Origin: Eledone cirrhosa
Lineage: Eukaryota
Reading direction: 5' to 3'
Assembly (NCBI GenBank): GCA_964016885.1
Contig: OZ024741.1
Span: 63,240,001-63,304,000 of the forward strand
DNA: 64,000 nucleotides
Below the pieces are notes generated by a model. The model was not told the origin of the DNA and made no database searches. It was given only the letters and a program-made list of their open reading frames with translations. Below, piece by piece: positions 53,600-64,000 of this stretch. Made by a program: the position numbers and the translations under genes. Each line of letters starts with the position of its first letter. Positions within the stretch are counted from its first letter, which is position 1.

Positions 53600-55400
53600 G
53601 GCATTTGACATGGTGCCTCATTCTTGGATCACCAAAAGCCTGGAGATCTTCAAGGTGGCAGATAACATCAGACAGTTGTTGGGCAAAAGTATGAAGTCCT
53701 GGGAAACAGAGTTAACATCAACTGGAGAATTCTTGGGAAGCGTGAAGATCAAGAGAGGTATCTTCCGGGGAGATAGACTGTCCTCTCTGTTGTTTGTCCT
53801 TACCCTGATGCCCCTGACCAGTGTACTGCGAAAAGTGAGAGCAGGATACAGGTTGGGAAAGGGAGAGCTTACCATCAATCACCTCTTCTTCATGGACGAT
53901 CTTAAGCTCTTCAGGAAGAGTGAGAAGGAGTTGGATGTGATTGTTGACACTGTCTGTATTTTCAGCAATGATATATGTATGCAATTTATTATTAGTAAGT
54001 GTGGAGTCATTGTGATGAGGAGGAGTAAGTTGAGCAGAAGTAACGGAATCCAGATACCAACAGGTGAGATGAAAAAGGAAATTGACTCTGAGGAAGGATA
54101 CAAGTATTTGGGCGTTCTGGAGGCTGGTGACATCAAGAACAAAAAAATGAAGGAATTGATAAGATCTGAATACATTCGGAGAATAAGGAGCGTATTAAAG
54201 TCACATCTGAACAGTAGGAATACCATAAGTGCAGTAAATTCCCGAGCTGTCTATTATTAGGTACCGTACGGGAATTCTGAGATGGAATGTTGCTGAACAA
54301 AAAGAAATGGATAGGAAGACTAGGAAGCTATTGACTATCTACAATATGTTCCACAAGAGGAGTGATGTCGATAGACTCTACTTAAGGAGATCTGAGGGTG
54401 GAAGAGGTCTTATCAGCATAGAGGACTGTGTTCAGATGGAGAAAAACAACCTACACAAATACATGACTGATAGTAGGGAGCCAATGCTCAGAACTGTACT
54501 GAAGGAGGGGACAATAGGCCAGGGGATGTCCAAGGAGGAAATAACATCAAGGAGGAAGAGAAGCCTTCAGGAAAAATCCCTTCATAGTACCTTCTTTGAG
54601 AAAACTGAATTTAGAGATCCACAGACATGGAACTGGTTGAAAAGAGGAGACCTTAAAAAGGCTACATAAGGAATGTTAATGGCTGCGCAGTAGCAGGCCC
54701 TCAAAACGAAGTGGTTGAAACACCACATTTACAAGGAGGAGGCTAGCCCACTGTGCAGGATCTGTGGAGAGAGAGGAGACTGTGGCTCACGTTGGATCCG
54801 AGTGTAAACACCTAGACCAGACTCACTATAAGGGCTGGAGACATGATGTGATGGGCAGGGTGATCCACTGGCACCTATGCAAAGTAAACAATTTACCACA
54901 TTCTGAGAAGTGATATGAGCATAAGCCAGAGGCGGTGATAGAAAACGATCAGGTGAAGGTGCTGTGGGATTTTAGGATACAGACGGACAAGAAACTGGAA
55001 CACAATAGACCTGACCTGGTGGTTGTGGACAAAGAAAAAAGATCGTGCCTGATTGTGGATGTGGGCCTGCCCATTCGACACGAGAGTGCGAGAGAACGAG
55101 AGGGAGAAAATTAACCGATACCAGGACTTAAAGTGGGAGGTAAAAAGGATTTGGAACTGCCATGAAGTCAAAGTGATCCCGATTGTCATAGGCGCATTAG
55201 GGACTATCTCAAAAAGTTTCCAGGGATGGTTAAAGAAAATTGGCCCCTTCACGCTTTTTGGAACGCTTCAAAAGGCATGCTTGCTGGGAACAGCAAGAAC
55301 CCTCCGATACGTCCTGAATATCTGAGGCTGCAGGTAGTGGCTTGATATTCATTTCAACAAACTTTCCAGTTAACTAACATCAATCACTGAGACTCAAAGA
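53598..55400 (+). mobile_element. 5'-truncated, disrupted copy of Dong family A
   Basis: Starts at KAFDMVPHSW directly after (TAA)n 53535-53597. Has frameshifts and stops, the same C-terminus (RTLRYVLNI) and 3' UTR as 39912-39986, and ends in (CAA/TAA)n. Confidence 0.95.
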
Positions 55401-55417
55401 GTAATAACAACAACAAC

Positions 55418-55474
<57 letters not shown>

Positions 55475-55475
<1 letters not shown>

Positions 55476-58400
55476 GTTTCTTTATTAACCACAAGGGTCT
55501 ACATAAAGTAGACATTAAGGACAGTACAGGACAATACAGGACGGTACAAATGGGCATTTCTGCGTGTAAAAAAAAACAGAGGATGTAATAAAAAATAACA
55601 ATGAAAAATTCCCCAATAGGGGGGAGACTTCCGAGGGACATTTGTGGAGAAAGCCCATTAAAAGGCCACAGTGACCCTGACCACCAGGGTAAGTGCCCTT
55701 ACCCAGTTTTCCACCTTTAATTTACAGACACATACTCAGAGTAGGCCCATTCACTCAGGCCATATTTGCTTCTCTCACCCATCTTTCAACAAAATGCTGG
55801 GAAGAAAGCACTTCCCTCTCTACCCTGATTTTTCCTTTTCAAATGAAATTTGAAAAAGTTAATCAGGGCATCACCGAAGAGGTAAGTGCTCGTCTTCAGC
55901 CCTTTCAAATGTGTCCACCATACTATCTCTTTCGCCATGGCCACCAGACAGATAAAAACTTCCTGCCCTTCCCGGCTAAAGGAAGAGGGCGGATCATTCC
56001 TCACGATGGACTCAGCTGATAGCTGGATCCGTCCTACACGTGACAGCAGGAGTTCGACATAAACCCACAAGTCAGCAATTCTCGGATACTGGAAGAGTGC
56101 GTGCGGGACGGTTTCGTCACCCTGCGCGCATCTCGGACATGCCCGGCTGACGGCACCTCCGTTCCTGGAGAGTTTATCCCAAACTGGCAAAGCTCCTCGG
56201 TAGCACTGCCAGGCCAGGGATTTCTGGAAGTTGTCCATAGACCCTGGCCCGAAAGTTCTTCCGAAGAGATTGGCTAGTTGATTTTCGTCGACGCCTAGAG
56301 TTTCCCCAATTACTTCGTCGCTCTTCCCCTCCACTAATGCTCTATAGAACGCCAAGGTGGAGTTTCCACCGATCACATTGCCCGATTGGTCGACGGGTGT
56401 GAGCGCCTGAAGACATTCCAGTCTCCAGGCGCTCCCTCTCGGTCTTCGCTTGACCCAGGACTGCAGCTCCGTGAAGGAGACGAGCTGGGGAAAGACGCGT
56501 CTAGCAAACGGAGACCACACCTGATCACTGTCGAGGAAGAGGTAGAGATGTCGTAGCCTGAGCGCGTGTCTGCGCATCATCAGCCACGGCATGCCCAGCC
56601 CTCCACGTAGCGGATGTTGACAGCAGATGGACCGCCTGACCATCGGAGCGCTTCCCTTCCACAAAAAGCGAAAGAGCAAACGCTCCAGCGCAGTCAGGCG
56701 GGGCTTAGGACAAGGTACGACGGTCAGGCGGTAGTTGATGACGGACGCGATATACGCGTTAGCCACCTCCGCTCGACCTTTCAGGGATAGCTTCCTCTCG
56801 GCCGATTTCTGGGTGAGAGAAGCCACCCTGCTCGTCACCTCGTCCCAGATTTTGTCCGTCTGGAGATCCGGACCAAACCAGACCCCGAGCAATTTAACTG
56901 GTCCGTCCAGCGCCCGACGACGCTGTTGGACGGCATAGACCTGCCTCTCCAGGTGCCGAGCTGCAGGCCCACTGACTTTTCCTGGTTGATCATTGCTCCT
57001 GTCACCGCTTCGTATTCTCTTAGTGTAGTACCGATCGCCTCGATGTGTTTGGCGTTCGACACCACTACGGTGACATCGTCCGCATATGCTGACACGGATC
57101 TTCCGCATCCTAGTTCGCGCGGGACCCCCTCAACGTCTCCAGTTTGTGCAGTAATGGCTCGAGAGTCATTACGTACAAGAGGGACGAGAAGGGACATCCT
57201 TGGCGGACCGAGCGCATGATGTTGAACGGTTCTGAAAGGTGACCGTTCACTATCACCACAGAGCAGATGTCGCTGTGCATGGCAGCGATCCAGCCTCGGA
57301 AGACGGGCCCAGATCCAGCTGCCCTCAGGACTGCCGCTAGGTAACGATGGTCGACCCTATCGAAAGCTTTCCACTGATCTAAATTGATCAAGTCTCATCC
57401 GTGCCAGGTTCCCTAGCTACCCTCTCTACGATGTATCGCATGAGGTGGAGGTTGTCGTGGATGGATCTGTCGGGAATGGCGCATGTCTGGGCCTCTCCCA
57501 CCAGAGCACCAATGTCAAGCGCCAACCTCTTTGCTAGAACCTTGGCCAAAATCTTGAACTCTGTGTTTAGCAGATTTATGGGCCTAAAATTATCTATGTT
57601 ATCCCCCTTGTTCGGATCCTTTCTCAGCAGCCCCACAGCTCCTCGGCTCACAGAGCTAGGAATTCTCCCGTTCTGTTGCCAGTTGGAGTAGACGTCCGCC
57701 AAGAGGCCCCCGAACAAGTCTGGCATACGTACGTAAAGTTCATAGGACAGACCAACCAAACCAGGCGATTAACTCCTTGTGCAGCCAGTCATTGCCTCCC
57801 GTACTTCAGCGGCTTTTATCGGCTTTTCGCAACACTCCGTCGAGGTAGACACTAAAGTCCATCCCTCGATCCGGCCCGCCGCTGCCCCCGAACAACTGAG
57901 CGAAGTGTTGCTGAAAAGCTTCACACATTTGCCCGGGATCGAGTAGCATGTGCCCGTCGTGGTCCACCAAAGACCGGATCGTGGCTTTGTTGCCACGACG
58001 CGCCTCCGCCACTCGGGCCCATTGAACGGCTTTCGTCCCCTCGTGTCTGAGAGCACGCACCCTAGCTCTGACAACGCAGCCTTCGTGGTTTGCATTGAAG
58101 AATTGGTCAAGGGCCAATTTCGCTGCAAGTACGTCGGTCGCGATGCCTTTGCTAAGCGCCTCGTCTAATTTTCTAACTAATTCTCCCTCTGCTCTATTTT
58201 TGTCTATTGCTGAAGCCTTACTAAACCTAATGGACTCTATTCTAATTGCTCTTTTCAGAGCAAACTATCACTTGCTGTTAACGATGACCCCCGTCAACGC
58301 CCGTTTAACTAGTTCGCTAATCCGGTCTCTGTAGGCCTTGCGCGCTGGTAAGGACGCGTTTAGCTTCCAGTAGCCGGGAATTTGTGGTCCGTGTAGCTGA

Positions 58401-61288
58401 CTATCTTGAATTGTGGACAGCCTAGGCTAGAGCTATCTATTTCTCTACAAAATACTCTATCTAGATATGATCTGGATGACTCTATACGATTTGTCCAAGT
58501 CCACATTGGCACATTCGGGAAATCCAATCGGTACCTGTCAGACAGTTCAAAACGCCTGAGCAGGTTGGTGAGGCTCTTGCACCCTCCTCCCCTATCCGCT
58601 AATCCATACAGTCCCAGCGTCCATCTAAGATCCCGTTCCAGTCGCCCACTAACACTAAAGAGCGGGACGTTCCAAGAAAGGTCTCCAGACGCCGGAAGAA
58701 ATCAGGCCGCCCTGCTCCTGTCGGGGCATAGACGGCCACTAACCTGAAAGCTTGCCCGTCTCCGCTGGTCACGTCCAGCACCACCAACTTACCTTCTGGG
58801 TCCAGGAAGATGGTCCGTATGGCAAGATCCAAACCTCTCCGAAAAAGCACAGCAACTCCTCCCCCCGATCCCGGACGGCTGGGAGATGCGTACACATCTT
58901 AGCCGCCGAAGATCGGTGCGAAGGCCCGTGCTTCGGATATTTTGGTCTCGCTGATGGCCACTACATCTATGTTTAGTGACCTGAGGTCGTTGAGCAGGTG
59001 GCCCTGCTTCCATGGCGACCCCAAGCCACGCGCATTTATGCTGCCTATTCTGAGTGAGCTCATGTTGAAACGGAGTGGAAAAGATGGGAAAGACCACTTA
59101 CCTTACTTCTCGTAGAGGAAGGACGGTTTCTCCATCCGTTTCACTGCTTGTGGCCTCCTCAGGAAGGATGTCCTTATAAATCCTCCTGGAGAGTGCTTGT
59201 CGGAAATCTCCGATGTCTTTGGGGAAATTTTGTTTTAGTGTCATGTACGTTTTCTGTGTGATGCTAGTGATTTGTATGTGTGGAGGTGGTGTGAACTTTT
59301 GGGTTGTTGTGTAGTCTTTTTCTGTGATGCTGGTGTTGTGTTGGATGTAGTGTAATAATTGGTTGTTGTTCAAGTTCAAATTTAATGCGGTGTAGTGTGT
59401 ATCGTTTAGGTTGTTTTGTTTTGTTTGTGTTTGTTGTGGGTTTGTTTCTGTTTCTCTTTTAGGTGACTTTTGTGGTGTAGGTGATGGTTGTGTTGGGGTT
59501 AATGATGGTGATGGTGTTGGTGTTTGGTGTGATGGGGTTGGTGAGGCTGGTGTGGATGGTGGCATATCTGTCCTAACTTTTTTGTTTTTTTGTTTGATAG
59601 TTTATTTGTTTCCCTCTGTATTTTGTTTTTGGAGGGGGAAGGAAGAGAATTTTTTTCTTTTTTGGTTTCTTTTTTTCTTTTTTCCTGATACCGTTTCCCA
59701 CTTCTCGTCGTCACAATCTGTCTCCAGTTGTGATAGGCCGGGGAGTGGAAAATCCTCCACAGGCGTTAGTTTTGGTTGTGGCGTAGTGGATGGTGTAGGC
59801 GCTAGTGCTAGTTCTGGCGTGTTGGGTGGTGGTTGTGTTGGTTTTGCTACTGTTATTGTGGTTGTTGCTGTTACAGTTGCTTCTGTTGTTGCAGCTACAG
59901 TTGTTGCTGCCATCTCTGGTGCTGGTGGTGTTGATGGTTGAGTCACAGGGGTGGGTAGGAGAGGTGGCCTCAACCTTCTAGCCTGAGGGCAGAAAGCACT
60001 TAGGTAGGTTCCTTCACCACAAACGACACACCTAGGCCTTCTGCCCTCGACAATTACGGTGGTTGCCGTTAGTGAGGTCTATTACCTCTGGGATCTCCTC
60101 AATGCTTTTGTTTGTCCGCTTGGATCAGGAGCTCCATCCCAGATCCGGACCAGTTCTCCTGCTTTTCTTTCGCTATTTCGAGTATCTTTGTGTTGGCTTC
60201 GATGCCGGCGACGACGGCAGCTATTAGCCAGGAAATTTCGATGGCCGGTGGAACGTGGTTGACCCTGATCTTTACGAGTCTCTGGCCATAATAGCTTGGG
60301 AGGAGTGTGAAGTCGTCACTTCTTAATGGGGCCATGGAGTGTTCTCTAGCCTCCTGTGGTGTTTGAAAGAACACGTCCACAGTTCCATACTTCTGCCCAC
60401 GTCTGATGTGGGGTTTTTTTGCCCACACATGTCCCAAAGCTTTTTGGATTTGGGACTCGGATGCCCGTTCCACTCGTCGCGATTTTATATTAATTGTTCG
60501 ATAAGACACGGCGCATAGGAGCCGATGCTCCATTTTATTAGATGGGAGGGGTGAGGCTGACCCTGTACCCATCTTTCTTTACCATTTCTTTGGCTTCTTC
60601 TAATTCCATCTGAGTTACCTGACATGCTTCGCACTGTTTTGCTACTCTGGCAAAACTCAGGGTGGTTTTCTTAATTTCATTGTTGCTGTTGTTGTTATCG
60701 TTATTTTTGTTATTATTAATTTTAGTTTCAGTTGTGGTGGTGGTGGTGGCGTCAGTGGTGTTCGGTGTGGAAGAGTTCATTTTGGTTGAATTCATTTCGA
60801 TATCACGAGTTAATTTATTTTTTTCTTTTCTTTCCGTTGTCGCAGTGGTGGTGGGGGGGGGGTTGTCGCGGTGGTGGTGGTGGTGGTGGTGGTGGCGGCT
60901 TTAACACCTGCAGTCATTGGTAATGGCGAGAAATGAATATCTGCCTGAGAAAAATTTAAAATATTGCTACTGCTTATATTTTTAGTGTTGGCAAACGTAG
61001 TAATATTTACAATGGTGGTGTCGGTCTGAGTTGTTAGTTTGTGAGGAAGGCTGTCAGCTTCGTGTGGCTGTGAGTCGTCCATGTTTTTTTCAAAGAAAGT
61101 TTTTTTTTGATAATTATAAAAGTTTAAATTTTGGGCTAAAGGCCCCAATCTTTTTGAGAGTCCTTTTTGGAAAACAATGTATGTGCACTTATATACAGTT
61201 AACAATAAAAATTTGCCAAAGATGGCAATTTTAAACAAACGAAAACAATAAACCTTTGCGGATGATACGATTTACTACGTAGGTCGCC
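55475..61288 (-). mobile_element. Full-length but disrupted Tx1/L1-clade LINE (ORF1 + APE-RT ORF2) between (ATT)n tracts
   Basis: ORF1 region about 59098-60800 with VEGRRPRCVVCGEGTYLSAFCP knuckle remnant. ORF2 follows from ATG 59063. AATAAA near the 3' end (plus tttatt 55481-55486). (AAT)n on plus at both ends. Confidence 0.9.
55700..59063 (-). pseudogene. Tx1-type ORF2 (AP endonuclease + RT + C-terminal Cys motif), frameshifted
   Basis: MSSLRIGSINARGL, GGGVAVL, VYAP, GDWN (APE). NFRPINLLN, LDQWKAFDRVDH, SVRQGCPFS, AYADD (RT). LSLKGR, GGLG, CPRC..DETVPH. Confidence 0.88.
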
Positions 61289-61339
<51 letters not shown>

Positions 61340-61345
<6 letters not shown>

Positions 61346-63873
61346 CTAGGAGGAAAAAGCTAAATATTATCATAGAGGAACTGAAGCAACGCATTGTAGC
61401 AAAGAGTGCAAAAATTAGGCGATACGAGAGCAGAGTCAGTCAGTATAGACAGAACCACATGTTTAACAACAAACAGAAGATGCTGTTTGGGCAGCTTGAA
61501 GGGAAAGAAAGAGGCAACGACTTGATCGCTGAGGCGGAACAAACTAAGATATTCTGGAGAGGAATATGGGAGCAGGATGTTAAACATAATGACCATGCAG
61601 TGTGGATTGAGACAGTACAAAAAAAGATTAGTGAACAGGCACACCAACAAACTGATTTGAGTATCACAGTTGAAACTCTTAAGGGGCAGGCCAAAAAACT
61701 AACCTACTGGAAATCACCAGGCCCAGATGGATTAAAAATATAACATCCCTCCACCCGAAACTGACAACCATGTTCAATGACTGCTTGATGTCACGTGAGG
61801 TACCAGAGTGGTTGACAAAAGGTACCACAGTTCTGGTAATGAAAGACCGAATCAAGGGTAATGATGTAACCAACTATAGACCTATCACATGTCTGTCCTT
61901 AATGTGGAAACTGTTGACAAGCATTATGTCTCAGGGAATCTATAATCACCTCCACACAAACAACTTGTTACCGGACGAACAGAAAGGATGCCGAAAGAAG
62001 TCCCGTGTTACAAAGGACCAGTTACTTATTGATAAGATGGTAATGAGGAATTGAAAGAGGAGACACACTGGTCTTGCCATGGGATGGATAGACTACAAAA
62101 AGGCATTTGACATGGTGCCTCATTCTTGGATCACCAAAAGCCTAGAGATCTTCAAGGTGGCAGATAACATCAGACAGTTGTTGGGCAAAAGTATGAAGTC
62201 CTGGAATACAGAGTTAACATCAGCTGGAGAATCCTTGGGAGGCGTGAAAATCAATAGAGGTATATTCCAGGGAGATAGTTTGTCCCCTCTGTTGTTTGTC
62301 CTTGCCCTGATGCCCCTAACCATTATACTGCGAAAAGTGAGAGCAGGATACAAGTTGGGAAAGGGAGGGCTTACCATCAATCACCACTTCATGGACGATG
62401 TTAAGCTATTCGGGAAGAGTGAGAAGGATTTGGATGTGCTTGTTGACACTGTCAGTATTTTCAGCAATAATATATGTATGCAATTTGGTATTAGTAAGTG
62501 TGGAGTCCTTGTGATGAATAGGGGTAAATTGAGAAGAAGCAACGGAATCCAGGTACCAACAGGTGAGATGATAAGGGAAATTGACACTGAAGAAGGATAC
62601 AAGTATTTGGGTGTTCTGGAGGCTGATGACATCAAGAACAAAAAAATGAAGGAATTAATAAGGTCTGAATACATTCGGAGAGTAAGGAGCGTATTAAAGT
62701 CACATCTGAACAGTAGGAATGCCATAAGTGCAGTAAATTCCCGAGCTGTGACTATTATTAGGTACAGTGCGGGGATTCTGAGATGGATTGTTGCTGAACA
62801 AAAAGAAATGGATAGGATGACTAGGAAGCTATTGACTATCTACAACATGTTCCACAAGAGGAGTGATCTCGATAGACTCTACTTAAAGAGATTTGAAGGT
62901 GGTAGGGGTCTTATCAGCATAGAGGACTGTGTTCAGATGGAGAAAAACAACCGACACAAATACGTGACTGATAGTAAGGAGCCAATGCTCACAATTGTCC
63001 TGAAGGAGAGGACAATAGACCAGGGGATGTCCAAGGAGCTAATAACAACAAGGAGGAAGAGCAGCCTTCATGAAAAATCCCTTCATAGTACCTTCTTTGA
63101 GAAAACTGAATTCAGAGATCCACAGACATGGAACTGGTTGAAAAGGGGAGACCTTAAAAAGGCTACAGAAGGAATGCTAATGGCTGCGCAAGAGCAGGCC
63201 CTCAAAACGAAGTGGTTGAAACACCATATTTACAAGGAGGAGGCTAGTCCTCTGTGCAGGATCTGTGGAGAGAGGAGACTGTGGCTCACATTGTATCCGA
63301 GTGTAAACACCTAGCTCAGACTCACTATAAAGGCTGGAGACATGATGTGATGGGCAGGGTGATCCACTGGCATCTGTGCAAAGTAAACAATTTACCACAT
63401 TCTGAGAAGTGTCATGAGCATAAGGCAGAGTCGGTGATAGAAAACGATCAGGTGAAGGTGCTGTGGGATTTTAGGATACAGACGGACGAGAAACTGGTGG
63501 TTTTGGACAAGGAAAAAAGATCGTGCCTGACTGTGGATGTGACCTGCCCATTCGACACGAGAGTGCAAGAGAAGGAGAGGGAGAAAATTAACCGATACCA
63601 GGACTTAAAGTGGGAGGTAAAAAGGATTTGGAACTGCCATGAAGTCAAAGTGGTCCCGATTGTCATAGGCGCACTAGGTACTATCTCAAAAAGTTTCCAG
63701 GGATGGTTAAAGAAAATTGGCCTCGCCACGCTTTTTGGAACGCTTGAAAAGGCATGCTTGCTGGGAACAGCAAGAACCCTCCGATACGTCCTGAATATCT
63801 GAGGCTGCAGGTAGTGGCTTGATATTCATTTCAACAAACTTTCCAGTTAACTAACATCAATGACTGAGACTCA
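61340..63873 (+). mobile_element. 5'-truncated, disrupted copy of Dong family A
   Basis: Between (TAA)n 61289-61340 and 63874-63895. ORF pieces are collinear with the 1130-aa protein and carry small deletions and frameshifts. Confidence 0.95.
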
Positions 63874-63895
63874 ATAATAATAATAATAATAATAA

Positions 63896-64000
63896 CACTC
63901 GACAATAGGTAAAGGATAAGGAAGGAATGTTACCGTAGAGTAAGAGCAATCTTAAGAACGGAATTGAATGCAAGGAATAGGATCGATGCCATAAACACCC
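63896..64000 (+). mobile_element. Start of a 5'-truncated copy of Dong family B
   Basis: ggataaggaaggaatgttaccgtagagtaagagcaatcttaagaacgg... is almost identical to the reverse complement of about 36957-37060 (RIRKECYRRVRAILRTELNARNRIDAINT). Follows (TAA)n. Confidence 0.9.

Overview
AT-rich, microsatellite-dense eukaryotic (metazoan) DNA. The repeat content suggests an octopus-like cephalopod (inference). The whole window lies inside a minus-strand host gene that the ORF track misses. Three phase-compatible exons (53063-53223, 30180-30283, 1-64) splice into the ectodomain end, TM1, ICL1 and start of TM2 of a class B1 GPCR resembling the pigment-dispersing-factor (PDF) receptor. The 30-kb and 23-kb introns and the partial upstream intron hold retroelements sorted by microsatellite. 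(i) Two families of R4/Dong-clade RT-RLE non-LTR retrotransposons sit in (TAA)n, one copy with an intact 1130-aa ORF. (ii) A full-length but disrupted Tx1/L1-clade element is flanked by (ATT)n, and its 3' end matches the 3' end of the local tRNA-derived SINE, a likely LINE-SINE pair. (iii) Penelope-like fragments bounded by (TA)n occur with at least eight minimal type-I hammerhead ribozymes with palindromic stem III, five of them on the host pre-mRNA strand. (iv) There are many fold-back inverted repeats and a Chapaev-like DNA transposon relic. All calls were made by eye; no database search or folding program was run.
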